Positions 24,338 through 35,309 of a stretch of 64,000 nt of DNA are shown here, piece after piece. The position numbers and the translations under genes were made by a program. The DNA is taken from assembly GCA_040285855.1 (NCBI GenBank), contig JAUFOQ010000001.1:1302001-1366000 (forward strand), read 5' to 3'. This DNA is from Eukaryota sp. GEM-RC1 (lineage: Eukaryota). How positions within the stretch are numbered: position 1 is the stretch's first letter; each line of letters starts with the position of its first letter. The notes under the pieces were generated by a model that had not been told where the DNA came from, did not search any database, and saw nothing but the letters and a program-made list of their open reading frames with translations.

Positions 24338-25699
24338 TCAATTCTTAATGACTCTAACCACCAAAAGTTTTCTCTGGAATTCAAAACCAAACTCTGCAAA
24401 ATCAACGTCGTCATCAGTGATGATTGTCGTGTCATCATCTACCCAGCTAGGAGTCAACAAGGAATCCAAAGGTAGATCATGATCTGAAAATGATCTCTTT
24501 AGGGATAATTCAGGATCACTACTACTAGTTTCATCCATGTCAAACACATTCTGATCAGACCGAAACACCGTTGGTAACAATCGATGAATACAAGTTGTTG
24601 AACAAGTGTGAGCAGAATCATGTGAAGACAGAAGTCCTATTCTTTGGTTAACCACCTCCTGATCCAGTATAGTAACTGAAGATTTGTAAGGACCGTGAAG
24701 AACAAAGGGATGAGACATTAACTCATATGCAGTGATTCTTGTTTTGGGGTTCTTGTCCATCATGGAAAGGAGAACATGTTGTAGGAGAGGGTCAATGAAT
24801 GGAGGGAACGATACTTCTACCTGACAGATTTTCCGATACAGTCTGAAGACTTGTTGATCATAGAAAGGAAGCCGTCCAAATACCAGGTAAAACAGTGTGA
24901 TACCAGTAGCCCAGATATCTGAAGATGTAGAAGCTCTAGCTATGTATCCAGACACTAGTTCAGGAGCAAGAAAAGCCGAAGAACCTGTCAATGCGGCGGC
25001 ACTTTGATAATTTGAAGCCATATCAATTGAGACACCAAAATCAGAGAGCTTAATGTGGTCATCAGAAGTTAAAAGGAGGTTGCTTGGTTTGATATCACGA
25101 TGGACAATGTTCATCTCATGAAGATAATCAAGAGCATTGACTAAATCACAGAAGTATCTCCAGACAGAAGAGATAACAAGTGGTTTACAGGTAATGAATG
25201 AGTCCGAAACCAGAGCTCCTCCCTGTAGATATTCCAGGACAAGATATCTTCTATTGTTCTCCTTGTCTTCAAAGGTATCTATTAGACGAACGACATTTGG
25301 GTGATTCACCTTTGACATTATTGAAACTTCACATTTGTTCATTTTGTCAAGATACAGTGATTTTGAATGCAAACTGTTATTGGACAACAAGTTATACGAT
25401 TTGAGAACTAACAATTTGCTGGTAAACCGGCATTGCGCAAGGTCAACAGTTGTAAACTGAGATCGGGACAAGTTCTTGATCACAATAAAATCTCGAACGT
25501 TGGGGGGCTGCGACAAAAGCGGTAGTAGTCGTGGAGGTACTGAGTGTCTCCTTTGTTGCTCTTGTTCAATTTCAGGAAATGGTTTTGGTGGTATTGGTTT
25601 CAAGACCACCCGTCCATTAGGACGTTCGGTCAAAGTTCTCTGACGTTGTTTGGTGTTGAGTAAGTTAAGTAATCCGCATTTAAAGAAGGAGTGTGGCAT
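24338..25699 (-). CDS. CAMKK-like Ser/Thr protein kinase, copy 4
   Basis: Intact 453-aa ORF with LVLK, HRDIKPSN, DFG and GSSAFLAPE. Confidence 0.9.
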   Translation of the reverse strand: MPHSFFKCGLLNLLNTKQRQRTLTERPNGRVVLKPIPPKPFPEIEQEQQRRHSVPPRLLPLLSQPPNVRDFIVIKNLSRSQFTTVDLAQCRFTSKLLVLKSYNLLSNNSLHSKSLYLDKMNKCEVSIMSKVNHPNVVRLIDTFEDKENNRRYLVLEYLQGGALVSDSFITCKPLVISSVWRYFCDLVNALDYLHEMNIVHRDIKPSNLLLTSDDHIKLSDFGVSIDMASNYQSAAALTGSSAFLAPELVSGYIARASTSSDIWATGITLFYLVFGRLPFYDQQVFRLYRKICQVEVSFPPFIDPLLQHVLLSMMDKNPKTRITAYELMSHPFVLHGPYKSSVTILDQEVVNQRIGLLSSHDSAHTCSTTCIHRLLPTVFRSDQNVFDMDETSSSDPELSLKRSFSDHDLPLDSLLTPSWVDDDTTIITDDDVDFAEFGFEFQRKLLVVRVIKN

Positions 25700-28167
25700 G
25701 AATCGGCGTGTTGCTGATTGGCAGTGTATGAATGATGATATTGGACGGACAAAAATCTAATTTTGGTTACCACAAAAATGCAGCAACATGTTCTTTCTTT
25801 TGATACCAAGTTACTCTCTTTGCAGTTTGGTGAGAAGATCTTGAATTGATTCTCCTTTCTCATGGAGTTTTTCTGATGTCCTTTTGATGAAACACGCCTA
25901 GACCATACTTTCTTGCTACCTTTCCCCTCTTTTCAGTTCTTTTGGTCCTTGCAGTCTAACGCAAAGCTCGAGCTTCTGGTTTCAACATTTACGTTGATGC
26001 TTCCTCAACACTTTTATCAACACTTTTCTCCTCTTGGATCAGTAATTGGTTTTTGCTCCATGGATTACAACTCGTGATATAGGGAATATGTTCAAGTACA
26101 AGACCGGACAAATAACAAGGTTAGACAATATCTTTTTACTAGAATCTGAATGTATGATTTGAACAGCGTTAAACAAAGTATTTTATCACTTGATTAGCCT
26201 CTTTTGAAGTTACCAGCCACATCAATTGTTCAATTAAAAAAGCAAATACTCATGACCTTAGATTCACTGTGTTTTGTTAAGTCGATTGGTGCTGAATACT
26301 TTTTGTTAGTTTGTGCACAAGGGAGAGGAAAGAGCATTTAATAAAAGCAATGTACATGTTGGTCTATCAAAAGGAAACCCACTCATTTACCTTAGTGGAT
26401 GATCTCCTAGATATAAACTTGTTTCTAGAATAAAACACATGTACATTACACTGTCACTAATCAAAAACTCTCCAACTAAAAACTCTCTGTAAGTGAAACA
26501 AAAAGCCATACCACAAAGTAAAAATATATTAAATTGAAACACTTTTTGAGACCTAACTGAAACATTGAAGTCAAAGTTTGGTAGTATTCTGGGCGTTACA
26601 TCCACACCTCCCTATATTGATGTTAGTGCTTAGAAAGAGGAAGACGTTGTTGTTCAGCATAAATCCAACACTTTTCTGATTTTTCGCCCATCATAAACGT
26701 CAAACCATATACATAACTGAACAATTACAACAAAAATAAAAAAATGAAAGATTGTTTTGCATATTTTGAAGATGATGGAAGTGTAACTAAAGAAAAGTTG
26801 TTCAGAATAGAACTGAATCAATCTGTGACAATTTTGTCCAAATGTATTCGGATACACTAGTTTGATGACTTCTCTAAATCAAGTGATGAGAGGTCTTCCA
26901 GTAGTGCTGGGAAAAAAGATGCGGCGGTTTAAGACAGAGAAAAATAGGTTCATTATGTTGTGGTAAGAATTGTGAACGAATCACCCTTTATGTACCATGG
27001 TACATACAAAATGCTATCGAAGTTAAATAAAAGGCGTTTATTTAATGCTTTATGGAAAATTTTTGTCAAACTAATATCATCTGTTTAAGTCCGAGCTTTC
27101 ATGACAGATGGTACGTGGATCTAGATTGTTGGCATGCTCATGCAGACTAATTGATGACATATCGATATTTGATGTTCTGAAATAAACAATGGTATGAAAT
27201 TTTGATTAAAGTGCTTCCAGAGATTCCGAAAACAAAATTGTTGAGGTTAATATTTGCAATACAATAAGTAGCAATAATGTATTGTTGATTTTTCACAATA
27301 AAGACAATATTTTTTCTTCTACATCGATTTTTCTTCCAAAAAAATCTGTCCTTATTTCGTTTTCTACCTGAGTACCAAGATTTTACAACCCAGGAAAGCT
27401 CGAACTACTGTAATTGGAGGCGAAAGGAAAATATAATGTCAAGCTCGTAATGGTCACTTGTGTCAACAATTGGGTTAACAATAAGATTAATTTTAGATAA
27501 ACTAATTTGTACGCTACTTATTAATGAAATCTGGCTAAACATATATGATCCTTTATATAATGCTGTTAAGTGGTTTGGGTTGACCATTTGTTCATGTTCT
27601 TCAAAATCTCTGTGAGTTAACTGAAACAGTACTTCAGTCAACGACTCCAAAAGGTCAATACATCGTTCTCCATCTCATCTTGAAATCAGTCAGAGTTTAT
27701 CAGCAAATGTTACTCAACAGTCACATAAAAGTTACATGACCCCGGTATAAGTATCCTATGAATGTGCATCAGATTCGAAGAGATGTGCACATTTATTGTC
27801 TGTCATGAGCAATTTGTTCATAGACCCTAACAAAAACTCAAGTAATGTCATCACAATGAATTAACATCGATGAAACACGATACTCGAAGTTTCAGTTTTA
27901 ACCAAGAATCACCAAATGAAGATTATTATGAAGGAATTGCACACATTTGCAGCATTCTGGTATAGCATTTACTGCACATGAAATTGTTTAATGTTGTTAG
28001 ACAGTTGAAACAAGAACACTTCTGCAGCATATGCAATAGTATCAATAAGCATAAACTACTGTTTGAAGAAGTTACGATAGATAAGGACGTTAACACTGTT
28101 GGTACATGTAGCAATTCACTGAAAATCTCTCTCTTCCAATCATACCAAACTTTACTTACACTTTTCA

Positions 28168-29883
28168 ATGTTTGATGAACAACAACATGGTCGTTTGTTC
28201 ATCAACGAACTTGAATATGTCCTTCATGCTTTGGGAGTTTTTCTCCCCATTTCTAGAGTTCTTCCTCACATAGAATCTCCCGATAAGTCTTTTATTAGTG
28301 ATGGTTTCTCCTGGAAACAACTCCACCACATCCTCCACAAAGACACCCAATTCATGACCTTTCTTGGTACCATAAACCACCACACCTACCGCTACAACGT
28401 AGCTTCCATCCTATCTTCCCTCCAACATCTCTCCTCCAGAGCTCTCTCATTTACCGATCTCTCTAATCTACGTGTTGCTTTCGAAGCTAACTCTACTGAA
28501 ACAGGTCTATCCGCCAATCCTAACATCCTCCTCCACTCTCTCCGTCTTGCTGACAGGATAATATCCCCACTCTACATCTCTGAGTTTCTTTCATCACGTG
28601 ATCATTCTGGCTTTGTCACGTTATACCAATTCTTTGATTTGGCAGCTGAGTCTTTCTTGATCTCTACTGTTGAGAATCAGTTTAAACCTTTGAAGAAGGT
28701 GAGCGATGGTAAGTTTGTAGTAATGTCTATAACTGACCAGTTGTTGGAGTTTCTTGATAATGAGTATAGGAGAAAGAAGACAGAGGAAGCGGCGATGAGG
28801 AATGAGTCTAATTTAGTCAAGAAAAGTCACGATAAGTCTTCTGAACATGAGCTCAATCCGATATCCAGACGGTTGTTTTCATCGTTAAAGTTGTTTCAAG
28901 AAATTGGTCAAATCAAATCAAAACAGTCAACCCTTCTGAAATCAGCAAGAGCCGGAATCATCCCCAAATCAATCAATGAAGTGATTGACCGTCATTTAGA
29001 TGAAAGTGATCAAGCCATGAGTCAAGGAAGTTCTCTAGAATGTCACTCACCTATCCTAGGCCAGTCTTCTAACGTAATCGAGACAATCCCCAAGGAGTTC
29101 AGTTTTCCCTCCTTCACTAAGGACAAGTACACCTCTAGGTCTCAGTGGTTGGATGATCTGGAGGCTACTCACAGTGCTAGAGAACGAGCAATGAAAGGAC
29201 AGAGGAAGACAGAGATGGAGCTGCGGAGAGCGCTTAGGTTGGATAATATGAGAGCTAATAAGGAGAAGAAAGAGCGGGAAGATGTGTATTTTAAGGAAGC
29301 TTATAGAAGAAGTTTGATGAGTAGAAGTAGGAAGGGTCGACAGTCGTTGATGGAGTTGACAAATTTTAAAAATTCGTTCACTGTGCCACAGTTGGATCTG
29401 ACTTGTCTTTCAGAAAGTCGGCTTGATTGTGAAGACGTCACGCCTGGTCTTGGGCAGTCAATTCAGAGTCTTGGAGATTCTATTCGAATTAGGCAAGTTC
29501 AATCAGCACGTGAGCAGTCACGTTTTGAGCACAATTTTACACTGACCGGAAAGGGAAAGTCTATTGTCAGCCAGACATGTCGGGTTCCTTCACGTCCGAG
29601 CTCTTTCAATCAACCTCGCAATCAACCTCCCAGTCGGAACTTTCCTATTTCGTCATCTCCAAGACCACCAAACAGTGCTCCTGGAAGTAAAAGGCCTGGA
29701 ACTCGTTCTATGTACAAAAGGTGTTTAGTTTCTAGTTTAGATGATTACCGACCCTCATCGGTCAAGAAGAGTCTTGAAGACAAGATCAAAAGAGATATGG
29801 ACAGTTTTAAATCAGAATATGGTCTGGATAGTGGAATTGATCGAATCCAACAATCACAATTGTCTGCTCGCGTGATGAAGTGA
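28168..29883 (+). CDS. Hypothetical protein with N-terminal EF-hand-like motifs, a coiled coil and a Ser/Pro/Arg-rich tail
   Basis: 571-aa ORF. FDEQQHGRLFINELEYVL and DHSGFVTLYQFFDL are EF-hand-like loops. The helix before the first loop (YQTLLTLFN) lies in another frame, so the true start may be upstream. Confidence 0.75.
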   Translation: MFDEQQHGRLFINELEYVLHALGVFLPISRVLPHIESPDKSFISDGFSWKQLHHILHKDTQFMTFLGTINHHTYRYNVASILSSLQHLSSRALSFTDLSNLRVAFEANSTETGLSANPNILLHSLRLADRIISPLYISEFLSSRDHSGFVTLYQFFDLAAESFLISTVENQFKPLKKVSDGKFVVMSITDQLLEFLDNEYRRKKTEEAAMRNESNLVKKSHDKSSEHELNPISRRLFSSLKLFQEIGQIKSKQSTLLKSARAGIIPKSINEVIDRHLDESDQAMSQGSSLECHSPILGQSSNVIETIPKEFSFPSFTKDKYTSRSQWLDDLEATHSARERAMKGQRKTEMELRRALRLDNMRANKEKKEREDVYFKEAYRRSLMSRSRKGRQSLMELTNFKNSFTVPQLDLTCLSESRLDCEDVTPGLGQSIQSLGDSIRIRQVQSAREQSRFEHNFTLTGKGKSIVSQTCRVPSRPSSFNQPRNQPPSRNFPISSSPRPPNSAPGSKRPGTRSMYKRCLVSSLDDYRPSSVKKSLEDKIKRDMDSFKSEYGLDSGIDRIQQSQLSARVMK

Positions 29884-30015
29884 AATAATTGAAATGTTTG
29901 TTAGATTTTTGTAATTGTTTAGTTATTGTCGCTGGTATTGGTAGCCCGTTGTATTGTTGGGATTTATTATTTCTAAATTTGAGGAATTTTGATGTGAAGA
30001 TAAATGTATTTTATT

Positions 30016-31482
30016 TTACAAGGTATTTATTTGAAATATTGCTGAGAATTCCTGAAAGAATTTATCAGTGAATCGTTGCTTATCAGGGGGAGCAGATGTG
30101 GAATTTTTAAATTTGTCAAGGGTCCAAATATTTACATTTTGTTGACCATCATATCCAACAATGACATTGTTATTCATGGTATAAACGTCATTTTCTGGAG
30201 ATAATTTACCGACAAAAAACTCATCACTTGCAGATGAATAAAGAAAATTATTCAATAAACAAAAGATAAATCTTCAAAATTGAATTTGTTGTATATCAAC
30301 ACGTTTGGATTTTCAGAAGTGTCTAATTGGTATGTTTTCAAAGATTGATCTGGTTGAGATGATTCTGTAGAACGAATGGAGAATGTGTTTTCCTGACCAT
30401 CAAAAATTAAATCTGAATTTAAAATTCGAAAACAAAGGGAATTTGGCGAAGAGTCAATTAATTTTTGAAAATAGAATCCGGGATATGTAAAAACAAAAGC
30501 ACCAGGCAAATCAGAAAAAGAAAAGACAAACGGTATTTGAATCACAAAATTTTAAATTCTCGATTGTGCTAGGAAACGTTAAGGTTTTTGAAGAACGTTT
30601 GTCACCAACTAGAGAAAATTCAACTGCTGAAGAAGAGTTGAAAAATAGAATGATGACTAAATTTTGAAAATTAGCAAGCGGATCACGACAATATATAAAA
30701 TCCCCGAGGAACTTTGTAAAATTCAATTTTTTATCAATTGCTTCTAATTCTTCCACATTTACAGATAAAACAGGCAATAAATCACTGTTTTTGAACTTGA
30801 ACAAATGAAATGTAGAATTTGAACAAATGGTGAGAAAAGGAAACTCAACGTGTGACTCACAATCAAATGTGATTGACCTCTTCTTATGATGACAGAAAGA
30901 CCAAGATACATGGACAATTTCTTCAGCTGAAACCGCTTCTGGTAAAGAAAGTGCCGTCAAAATACCATTTGAACAGCAATGAAGCACTTTAAACATCTCT
31001 AACGACAACACGTAGCAATAGGAACCTTTACTTTGGTGAACTTGTTGAGGACAGATTGAAACAGAAACAGAACTATCAATGGCAAGATCTAATGTAGACA
31101 GGACATCTCCCTCAAGAGAAAGAACAGAGAGACCCGTAGATGAGGTAGTGAGAAGAAGGTCGTGACTGAGGGTGTGTACGGAGGATACGGGAGATTGAAG
31201 TTTGAAGGAGGAAGAAGGGGATAACAGGGGAAGTTCTTGGTTGGAGAGAAGAGGGAGATCATTAGAATGTGAATTGAGAGAGAGAAAGGATGAAAATAGA
31301 GCAGAGCTTACTATGGAGTCTAGGAGATCAGCGATTATGTTGTTGGGATAAGGAAGATCGTCAATAGAGGGTAAACGAGGGGTTTCAGGAATACAATGAC
31401 TGACTTTGGGAAGATGAATAGGTTCAGGAGTATGTGTAAAGTGATAACCTGTGAGTGTTGAGTATTGGATAGATTTAGACAT
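30016..31482 (-). CDS. Probable beta-propeller/WD40-like protein, possibly WDR93-like; split by frameshifts (30511-31482, 30252-30545, 30016-30255)
   Basis: Three abutting same-strand ORFs. The N-terminal DDLPYPNNIIADLLDSIV recalls the LPQPY..I..L motif of WDR93 from memory (weak). The last ORF has a WD-like VIVGYDGQQNVNIW. Confidence 0.5.
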
Positions 31483-31530
31483 CAGCTAAGAGCTTATAAA
31501 TGTCAGTAATATTGACTCGTTTAAGGAGTT

Positions 31531-31640
31531 TGACTATAATCTTGACAAAACTGACTAAAATCTTGACAAAACTGACTATCCTCTTGACAAAACTGACTAG
31601 AATCTTGACAACTTCTCATTTTTGCTAGAATCTTGACAGA
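31531..31640. repeat. 21-bp tandem repeat (TGACTAnnnTCTTGACAAAAC) x4 plus a partial copy
   Basis: Units start at 31531, 31552, 31573 and 31594, with a partial GCTAGAATCTTGACAGA at 31624. Inverted copies of the same motif lie at 32395-32440. Confidence 0.9.
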
Positions 31641-32817
31641 AGTGGATATTTCCTTGAATGATGTCTTCACTTCCGTTTCATCTGCATCTGTCTTCATATC
31701 GTCCTTTGAATCCTGAACTTTCCTTTATGGGTTCTCTTCAAGAACCATGACATGTGTGACTCACAAATAGCAGTAGTGTAGATCCACTACACTACTACTG
31801 TTAGGGACGTGAACTGCTTGCGTCTATTGTTGGTGTTCGAAAATGATCTTAGCTGTTAGGGGCTCAACAACTTCCTCTTCTGAAATCATCTGCATCATGG
31901 TATCTTTTTTTAAGGAATGACATCTGGTTATGTTTTCAGTTTATTCTCATTGTCTTAGCCAAAGTGTTGTATTCTTAATTATGATATAGCTTACGGAATC
32001 TGTATAAATGAAATCACTTAACAAGTTTTTTCAACGTCACCTGATCAACAGTCTTGAACACAGTTGTAGAGTTAACAACATCCATATTACATTGAATGTG
32101 ATTGTACTCAACAAAATCAGCAGTACCCAACTGAAGAACATGTATTAGGTTATGATCTTTATACAAATAAACACAGTATTCATTCGATGACACAAGCAAA
32201 TAGATATCTTCAAGCATAATGATGATAATATATTCACGATACACATCTATATGGTCCTACCATCTTTTTTCTGGAAGACACAAACAATATGATATCTCAG
32301 AGAACGCTTTGTTGTAGATCTCACACAACTGAGTTGTTTGATACACTCTACCTGATAACAAATTGAAGTGAGAAATGCGAAGAGAGAGTTGTAAGAAGTT
32401 GTCAAGATTTTAGTCAATTCTGTCAAGATTATAGCAAAAGTGTCGTTTAAGTCAATGAAAGTTGTATGAAGACTTTTCGGAAAAATACTGTATTTCCATT
32501 GGAGGACAGCTTGATCCGAATACATAAATGGCCCACTGTTCGAAATGATTATAATATAAGGCCAAATTATAACGGTACATTTAAGCTCCAATTCATGTAG
32601 CATCTACGTTAAACCTGATTGTAGGTGATAGGTGAGGTAAATCGTTTATCGGAGACGAAAAATATTTACCCAAATTAAGTGTTGGTAGAATTTTTTGAAT
32701 AGATTAGTATTGCTATAAGTTTATTTGTCACTTGATTGACTTAAGATTGTATTTCTTAATTTGTTGCTTCCCACTTTAAACGAGAAAACTTACCCATAAT
32801 GACAACGTTTACCAACT

Positions 32818-34418
32818 TTATTCAACGATTTCAAGACGAAGATCACTAAAACATAACCTAGCAAATGGATAATAATTACCACTACTTAATCTGGGAAGAG
32901 TTCCAGTAAGATTAATTGAAGAATTACTCACGGATTTGATTGTTAAAGTGTAATTAACTAGGTTTGCATTGATTTCGAGTAGTTCATCAGGATTCCACTT
33001 AGTGTTGTTTCCTGAGAGACAACCACGAATGTTATCACCACTATTTGAACGACAGTGAGCATTCTCAAAACAATCAACATCAACTCTAAACTTTGACTCG
33101 TCAATGACTCCAACAAAAGAGCACCAGTATACCCCTGGTACCTCAACTTCCAAGTATAAACATTACCTGGAAGAAGTGGATCTTCTCCCAAGATATTTCT
33201 AACACCATCACTTCTTCCAATAACAACTCTCTTTCCTTCCCCACTAACTTGTAACTCAGAATGTTTCTTAGTCTGTGAAAATCTTATCATTTTTGATTGA
33301 GGAATAGATTGAGACACCAATTGAGGCTCTGCAGCTGTCTTTTTCAGTTGTTCAATTTCATGTTGTAGTTTGGTAATTTCGTTAAGTGAGTTAGAATTTG
33401 TAGAAATTAAAGACCGATTTTCAGTAGTCAAACCAGAAATTTTGATGGATAAGTCTGAGGTTGTTGTCCTCAAATGAGAGATTTCTGCTTTTGAATTATG
33501 AACTTCTTTGGATAAACCAGAGATTTCTGTCTTCAAGTCTTGAACTTCCGTTGTTAAATCAGTAGTAAGTACATTTAACTTAGAATTGTTACTTTCTACA
33601 TCGGTAATTTTGGTAGTTAATTCAAAATTTTGTTCCTTCAAAGCAGAATTTTCATTCACCAACGAATCAAAATAAAGATTCTTAACTCTTGTAAACAAAA
33701 ACTTCACCAAATCGGCTTCCAATTCTTCAACATCTTTTAAAGGAACAAACAAAAACTCATCCCATTGTTGAAAAGAAAAGGATTCAATTGAGCAAGAATT
33801 AAGGATATTTAAAAACTCTTTCAAATCGAAACTTTGATTCAAAATTGATTCCACCATTGATTTGATGAACCACGATTGTGATTGAGTAGAAGTACAATAT
33901 TTTACAAGCGTTTTAAACCCTTCAGTAGTGATTGTCACCACGTCATCAACCAACAGGTCATCAATCTTAGAAAAGAAAGGACCAACGAATTCCAGAGATC
34001 TCAAGTCATTTCTTTCATTTGCTTCTTTAATGAATGGTTTTAACCAAGACCAGGTCAGGAGATGAGTGTTTAGGTGGTTTTCCACGTGGTCAATGAGTTT
34101 GTCCACTTGGAAGTAGTGGACGAGATAAAAGAAGTTGTAGGCATTGCTCTCGTTGAGGGTGAATGACTTTCCAAAGAAGGACTTGACGAAGAGAAAGAAG
34201 TTGTCGGAACTAACGGGAAGATGGGAGAAGTCAATGGGGTTCTCAAGCTTGTCGCCAAACTCCAAGAACCAGAGGGATCGGAAGTACGTGGAATGGGCAG
34301 CAAGGACAGATTTGTTGACTTCGATGGATTCCCCGCCGAATGAAATGGTTTGGTTACATAGGGAGGGTTCATCGAGGATAATGGAAAGAGTTTCTGCTGG
34401 GGGAAGAGAGAATGACAT
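32818..34418 (-). CDS. BTB/POZ - long coiled coil - SPRY/B30.2-like protein (one frameshift near 33117)
   Basis: Paralog of 13108-14460. Restoring one T in the coding run GCTCTTTTGTT gives ...GYTGALFVGVIDESKF and joins ORFs 32958-34469 and 32818-33153. Confidence 0.85.
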
Positions 34419-35309
34419 CAGAAGTAATAGAAAAGGAGATAAGTAAATGAGACCAAAACGCGGAACCAATGTTCTTGTGGCCTTCTACCAAAACTACCTG
34501 TCTAATCCTGAACCTCCAATGAAGAGTAGTCATTCATTTGATGATAATGTAACACTTACTAGCAGTTAAGTGTTAATTGTTTCCTCCTCTTTTAATATCT
34601 GCTCCCCACAACCTAACTCTGATACAATGTCTTATTCGTTCTCCTTGCTTATTTCTTCCTTCAAGTTCTTACGTTTTAAGTAGATTTTATTGATCTTGAT
34701 CATTCTTCACCACCTTAGACGCGTTTTAAACTGTCATCTCTCAACGTCAACAATAGAAGTCTTAGTCGTGGTCTAATTTGAAGCAAGAATTGTCATCATT
34801 CTTAATAATAGTTGGCTATGTCAACCATATCCAACAACTTCTTTAAGCAACAATATAGTCTGTAGACTAGATGTAGAGAGAAAGTAATGAATTTTGGATT
34901 CAAGAGTGGTAGACATTACAGAAAATAGACAAGCTCTGAAACAACCAAGACCTAAGTCTGAGTGGCCTAAATCCATGATGAACGTAATCCAGGACGTCGT
35001 CTTTTTGTGGCCTTGAGATAAAACATGAAATTGTCGTTGTCTTATGAACTTCTCTTATCTAATGATCTCACCTTCAACATATGAACAGAGCTACCTCTAA
35101 AGTTCTTCTTGATCCGTGTTTTATGACTCTTCTTGACTCTCCACTCAGTAAAGCCTTACTTTTACAAGTTAATTTCAAGAACCAGGGAGTCGTTATCATA
35201 GAAGTCAACCCCAACTGCTAATCACTTGTACCTTTCTTATGGTCCAACTCCTTTGGCTATGTAAGCCATCATTTCAATCTGATCATCAGTTAGTCAATTT
35301 GTTTCTTCA

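Noticed and set aside
31531..31640. CRISPR-like array
   Set aside because: The units are contiguous 21-mers with only 3-nt variable parts, there are no unique spacers or cas genes, and the context is eukaryotic.
34930..35020. HGFR peptide on the minus strand suggesting a tyrosine recombinase
   Set aside because: A single short motif in stop-riddled sequence, without the other catalytic residues.
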